Positions 55,700 through 64,000 of a stretch of DNA of 64,000 bases are shown here, one piece after another. The stretch lies in the NCBI RefSeq assembly GCF_009914755.1, contig NC_060931.1; one strand, given 5' to 3'. How positions within the stretch are numbered: the first letter of the stretch is position 1; each line of letters starts with the position of its first letter. This DNA comes from the human T2T-CHM13v2.0 reference genome, Homo sapiens. Position numbers and translations under genes: made by a program. The notes beneath the pieces were generated by a model, which was not told the origin of the DNA, searched no databases, and saw only the letters and a list, made by a program, of their open reading frames with translations.

Positions 55700-58424
55700 C
55701 AGGCATACCCAGAAGATATTGTAGATTCAGTTCCAGGCACCTGCAATTACCACTATAAAGCAAGTCACACAAATTTTTTGGTTTTGTGGTGCATATTAAA
55801 GGTATGTTTACACTATACTGTAGTATATCACATATGCAATAGCATTATATCTAGAAAACAATGTATACACCTTAATTTAAAAATACTTTACTGCTAAAAA
55901 ATGATAAGATCATCTGAGCCTTCAGACAGTCACAGTCTTTTTGCTGGTGGAGGGTCTTGCCTTGATGTTGATGGCTGCTGATTGATCAGGGTGGTCGTTG
56001 CCAAAAGATGGAGTAGCTGTAGCAATTTCTTAAAATAAGACAACAATAAAGTTTGCCACAGCCATTGACTCTCTCTTTCACGAAAGATTTCTCTGTAGCA
56101 TGTGATACTGTTTGATAGCATTTTACCCACGTAGAACCTCTTTCAAAATTGGAGGCAATCCTCTCGAACCCTGTCACTGCTTTGTCAAATAAGTTTATTA
56201 AATATTCTAAATCCTTTGTTGTCATTTCAACAATATTCACAGCATCTTCAGGAGAAGGTCCCATCTCTAAAAACCACTTTCTTTGCTCATTCTTATGAGG
56301 CATCTCCTTATCTGTTCAAATTGTATCATGAGATTGCAGCAATTCAGTCACATCTTCAGGCTGTACTTCTAATTCTAGTCATCTTGCTATTTCTACCATA
56401 TCTGCAGTTACTTCCCACGATGAAGTCTTAAACCTCTCAAAGTCATCCATGAGAGATGAAATCAACTTCTTCCAAACCCCTGCTAATGTTGGTATTTTGA
56501 CCTCCTCCCATCAATCAGGGATGTTATTAATGGCTTCTAGAATGATGAATCCTTTCCAGAAGGTTTTCAATTTATTTTGCCCAGATCCATTGGAGGAATC
56601 ACTATCTACAGCAACTATAGCCTTATGAACATTGTATTTCTTAAATAAGATTACGTGAAACTCAAAATTACTCCTGGATCCACGGACTGCAGAATAGATG
56701 TTGTGTTAGCAGGCATGAAAACAACATTAATCTCCTTGTACATCTCCATCAAAGCTCTCAGGTCACCAGGGCAATGCACAGGGACAGTTTGAAAGGAATC
56801 TTTTTTTCTGAGCAGTAGGTCTCAACAGCGGGCTTAACGTTCCCTAAACCATGCTGTAAACAGATAGGCTGTCAGCCAGGCTTCCTACCATTCTCTCATG
56901 CCTCACAAAAACAAGCAGCAGGAAGGATTTCTGCAGTGGGACGCAGTTTACCAACCTCTGCTCTGATCTAAACCAACAAGGAAACCTCACAATTGATCGT
57001 TAAGTCTAAATCCTAGACCTCTTTCAAATCTTTTTCTCTTATACTTCTCCCTGAAGAAATCTTTTGACTATTAGGCAAATGGTTTCTCTATTCTAAGGAT
57101 GTACTTTTACAAGCTGTGGTATATAACATGAAATATAATCATCTGTCAGTATCCTTGGAGGACTTGCTCCAGGACCTCCTCGCCTATGGATACAAAAATC
57201 AGAAGATCATAAAGTCCCTCATATAAAATGGTTGTTCCATTTACAGAGCATAGGCAGGGTAGATTTAGCATAATTCCTAAGGGCCCTGTGGTTTTCAGAA
57301 TAGTCCATGAGCACTGACTGCAACTTGAAGTCTCCAGCGGCATTAACCCCTAATAAGAGTCAGCCTATCCTTTGAAGCTTTGAAGCCTTGAAGCCAGGCA
57401 CTGACTTCTCCTTTCTAGTAATCAAAGTCCTAGAAGGCTGTTTCACCTACATTGAAAATCTGTTTAGTGTAGCCATCTTCATCCATGATCTTAGCTAGAT
57501 CTTCCGGACAACTGACTACAGTTTCTACATCAGCACTTGGTGTTTCACCTAGCACTTTTATGTTATGGAAATGGCTTCCTTCCTTAAACATCATGAGCCA
57601 ATCTCAGCTAGTTGCAAAGTTTTCTTCTGTAGCTTTCTCACTTCTCTCAGCTTTCATACAATGGAAGAGAGAGCCTTGCTCTGGATGTGAGTTAGAGCTT
57701 TGCTCTGGATTAGGTTGTGGTTTAAGGAAATTATGTGACTGGTTTCATCTTCTAGGCAGACGACTCAAACTTTCTCCATGTCCACAATAAGGCTGTCTCG
57801 CTTTCTTATCATTCATGTGTTCACTGGAGTAGCACTTTCAATTTCCCTCAAGTTTTCCTTTGCATTCAGAACTTGGCTAATTTTTTGGTGCAAAAGCCCT
57901 ACTTTTTGGCCTATCTCATGAGGCTTTTGACATGCCTTCTTCACTGAACTTAATCATTTCTAGCTTTTGGTTTAAAGTGAGAGACATGTGATTCTTTCTT
58001 TCATTTGAACACTTAGAAAATGACCTAATTTCAATATTGTGTTTCAGGGAGTAACGAGGACCCAGAGGGAGACAGACAGAGCAATAGCCAGTCACCAGAG
58101 CAGTCAGAACACATACAACATGTATTAATTAAGTTCATCATTTTACGTAGGTGCAGTTCCCGGCATCTCAAAACAGCTATAATAGTAACATCAAAGATCA
58201 CTGACCAGAGATCACCGTAACAGACATAATAATCATTAAAAAGTGTGAAATATTGTGAGAATTACCCAAATGTGACACCGAAACATGAAGCAAGTATATG
58301 CTGTTGAAAAATGCCACTGATAGACTTGCTTGACTCAGGGTTGCCACAAACCTTCAATTTGAAAAAAAAGCAGTATCTATGAAGCACTTATTAAAGCAGT
58401 ACACAATAAGGCAACTTACGCCTG
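55700..58424 (-). mobile_element. Full-length Tigger1 (TcMar-Tigger) DNA transposon fossil, interrupted at 56885-57233
   Basis: Ends caggcatacc... and ...tacgcctg|ta. Minus-strand transposase remnants (EQRKWFLEM..DAVNIVEMTTKDLEY; [13 protein letters not shown]). About 2.4 kb after removing the insert. Confidence 0.93.
56885..57233 (+). repeat. Direct dispersed copy of 53855-54211 inserted in Tigger1
   Basis: ctaccattctctcatgcctcacaaaaacaagcagcaggaagg...cc(t/c)(t/c)atataaaatggtt is present at both sites, about 92-94% identical by eye, with a few small indels. Confidence 0.95.
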
Positions 58425-58474
58425 TAATTCTGAATTGCCTGAAACGGTTCTATGTGACCATGTAGAGCTTTCTT

Positions 58475-58676
58475 CAGGATTCAACAAATTTTTTTCTGCA
58501 AGGGCCAGATTGTAGGTATTTCAGGCTACATAGGCACATACAATCTCTGTTCTATATTCTTTGTTTTGTTTTTACAAACCTGTAAAAATGTAAAAAGCAT
58601 TTTTAGCTCATGGACTTTACAAAAAACAGTCCATGAATAGGATGGGGCCTGCAGGGCATAGTTTGCCAACACCTGG
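58475..58676. mobile_element. MER58C-like hAT-Charlie MITE
   Basis: caggattcaacaaa...aagggccagattgtag...catagtttgccaacacctg. Confidence 0.65.
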
Positions 58677-59139
58677 TTTAGATCACATTCTACAAAGATC
58701 TGTGAAAGCAGAAAATTACCCCACAATTTTAGGTGGTGTGTGCCAGTCACATTTTTTTTTGAAAGTCTAGTGTAATGATTCTTAGCTACATTTAAGAAAT
58801 AAATTTCATATATCCTCTTTTAATTCTCACCCCCACACAGACTAATCAAAATTTATAATTTAAATTTTTATGAAGTCTAGTGTGCAAAAAAGAAATAAGC
58901 AATTTTAAAGATTCTTATTAGAATAAATGGTTTTGCTAATGTTCATAACTTATCAACTACTTTTATCAAATATTCAGAAGATACTCCCTGAAAGGCTGCT
59001 CCTAACAAACCCTGTACACCCAGCTGTGGCTACATAATGCCTCACAGCTACAGGAATAAATATCATCATCGAATTGTCCTTATCTCAGTTCACAGCCTGT
59101 CCCTGCTTTACCTATTAAATCTTTGGAAATAACAAGCAG

Positions 59140-59487
<348 letters not shown>

Positions 59488-60520
59488 TTAACTGTCTTTT
59501 TTTTACCAAGATGAAATTTCAGTAAAATATCTTTAACCACTTCAGCAAACTCTTCTCTTTAAAAAAGGATAAGAACTGCGACAGTCCAGAGATTTATTAA
59601 AAGAAAGAATATCCGTCTTAAGAGTATATTCACTTTATATTTCCTATTCCCTTATAAAAAAAAATCACTTGAAGCAAACAATGTTTGAACAGAAGGAAAA
59701 AAGGTGAAAAAAAAGGAAAATTTTTAAAAGAGAAAACAAAGAAGGTAGATTTGACAGGTGTAGGTTGGAAGACTAACAGAGAATTCTACAACTTTTATAA
59801 TATTACCAACTTCAGCAGAGTGTGGAGTGCTTCTAAAAAAAAAAAAATCTATGTTTTTAGTTCTTTTGGTTTCCAGTAACTGTGCTGGAACATTAGAACC
59901 AGCTTGGGAAGTTACAAAATATAATTAACCTACCAGTTCTGTCCCCATCTCCCTCGATCCAATCTCCTTATTCTGGTCTACTCTAAAAGGTCCACTTTAC
60001 AGTCATCCCATCTGCACTCTAAGAGAAAAGGGGATAGGAGGGATCCAGGAGAAAAAAAGGGATGAAAGGAATGAAATAATAAAAGACTGGAGGAGAGTTA
60101 TCAACCGCATGTCACAAAGACCCTTACTCTCACAGGAAACTCGATTCCTTCCTAATACTTCCTTATACTTTTGTCCATTACAGCTTCTGAAGATTTTCTT
60201 ACTAATGAAGACCTCTTAACATGCAAATATTAAGCACATTCTGTATTTCAATTAGATTCAAATTAGAAAGCATTAGAAAATAAGGTGTGTATAGCAGATC
60301 TAGGTTACAGTCTTGGATTCTTAAAATAACGAGTTTTGAGAAGTTGGTCAAGTCATAGGTTTCTATAGACCTGAGCTTCGGTCAGTAAAATGAAGAGGTT
60401 GTATTAGATAAACCTCTAAGATCCCTCCCCATTCTAAAACTCTAAAAATGTAAAATGATTACAGTAAACCTCTTGCAGTTAAGCAACGGATTTTAAAGGG
60501 ATTAAATAATGTGATAACCT

Positions 60521-62276
<1,756 letters not shown>

Positions 62277-62990
62277 TGTGATAACCTACAATAGGAATAA
62301 AATACAATGCTAATCAACATTCTATAATACTATTAAATTTTAAAATAAAATTTAAAAATAAAAAATAAAATAATTTTATAATTCTAAAATTTAAGTCTGT
62401 CACCATTCTCAAGAAAACTGTTATTTAATAAAGCCCAATGTTTTGATATTTACTGTTAATAAATGGCTTTTAGTGTTTAGTAATGACCAGAAAAATCTAA
62501 AGATATTGCACAAATGAGTTTTTCCTAAGGTACAAGAAACACAGATTAAAGCTACTAATTTGAATTGGAAGAGAATCTGAATTAGAGTACTTTTTTGTAT
62601 ACATACTATTATTTTATACATCAGATTGCTGTTGATACACTAAATTATCACAGATAATTTGGAAGACAGCTGGGCTATTAAAGTAGATTTTTAATAAATC
62701 TGGTGTATTTCCTAAGCTGCTGCTCTCTGGTTTTAATAAATTAATTTTAAATAAAAGGACAGAGTTCACTGTTTAATTCATTTACATGTTTATATTTATA
62801 TAAATGTACAAAAATCCAAGCACACACCCATTTTAATGGAATATTTTTTTCTATTACTGTTAGATTGGATCTCCCCTTGGAATCTTCACCCACACCAGAC
62901 ATGTGTATATACACGCTGACTGCTACTCCCACAACACACGCCCACATTTTTGTATTTATGGCAGAGATCAGTAATTTATAATTATTCAAT

Positions 62991-63345
62991 ACAAGTCCCC
63001 TCTTATCCAAGGGGAATACATTCCAAGATCTCCAATGGATGCCTGAAGTATGTAATACTTGATGATAAACTATGCTACTGGTTTATGTATTTACTACACT
63101 ACACTTTTTATCATTATTTTAGAGTTTACTCCTTTCTACTTATGAAAAAAAGTTAACCGGAAAAGCAGCCTCAGGCGGGTCCTTAAGAAAATATTCCAGA
63201 AGAAGGCACTGTTATCAGAGATGACAGTTCCATGTCCAGTGGGACAAGATATGGAGGTGGAAGACAATGGTGATGATCCTGACCCTGTTTAGGTGTGGGC
63301 GAATGTAAGCATGTGTGTGTGTTTAACAAAAAAAAAAAATTTTTT
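62991..63345 (+). mobile_element. Tigger4-like terminus (62991-63047) joined to a Tigger3-like fragment, followed by Alus (63362-63670, 63798-64000)
   Basis: gtcccctcttatccaaggggaatacattccaaga, then cagcctcaggcgggtcctt...ccagtgggacaagatatggaggtggaagaca. Confidence 0.7.
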
Positions 63346-63351
63346 TTTTTA

Positions 63352-63670
<319 letters not shown>

Positions 63671-64000
63671 TTAAAATAGACATAGCTTACAGAGTAACAC
63701 TATGAAGAAAAATTTGTGTAAATATGTACAATGTGTGTTTTAAGCTGTGTTATTATAAAAGTTAAAATTTTTTTTAAATTAAGAAGTTTATAATATAGAC
63801 CATGTATGGTGGCTCATGCCTGTAATCCCAGCACTTTGGCAGTCTGAGGTGGGCGGATCATGTGAGATCAGGAGTTTGAGAACAACCTGTCCAACAACAT
63901 GTCTCTACTAAAAATACAAAAATTAGCCAGGCGTGGTGGCATGCACCTGTAATCCCAGCTACTCAGGAGGCTGAGGTATGAGAATCGCCTGAACCCAAAA

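Noticed and set aside
55930-56303. Tigger1 transposase ORFs as a domesticated TIGD-like gene
   Set aside because: Fragmented by frameshifts and stops, and interrupted by a 349-bp insert.

Overview
Human-like (primate) genomic DNA, AT-rich and repeat-dense, covering part of the CNOT4 gene (CCR4-NOT subunit 4, RING E3 ligase) on the minus strand. Six coding exons are present (first coding exon 36327-36062, then 20269-20072, 13173-13087, 12343-12242, 11524-11399, 8559-8426/8435). They splice via GT-AG junctions into one frame encoding residues 1-~273 (C4C4 RING, coiled coil, RRM, CCCH zinc finger). The non-coding first exon and the 3' exons lie outside the window. Intron 1 holds a full-length processed SDHD pseudogene antisense to CNOT4, a full-length Tigger1 DNA transposon interrupted by a 349-bp copy of nearby DNA, a 5'-inverted L1, and many Alus (about 31 on + versus 7 on - across the window). 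I found no new multi-gene system. The best leads are: (i) pseudogene substitutions that coincide with SDHD variants I recall as reported (G12S, R22*, W43*, E69K, D92G); (ii) three apparently templated insertions within about 10 kb of intron 1; (iii) inverted Alus flanking the start-codon/RING exon, whose circular form would encode a 69-aa RING-only peptide. Repeat subfamily names are by-eye recognitions, repeat boundaries are approximate, and comparisons to reference SDHD and repeat consensus sequences are from memory.
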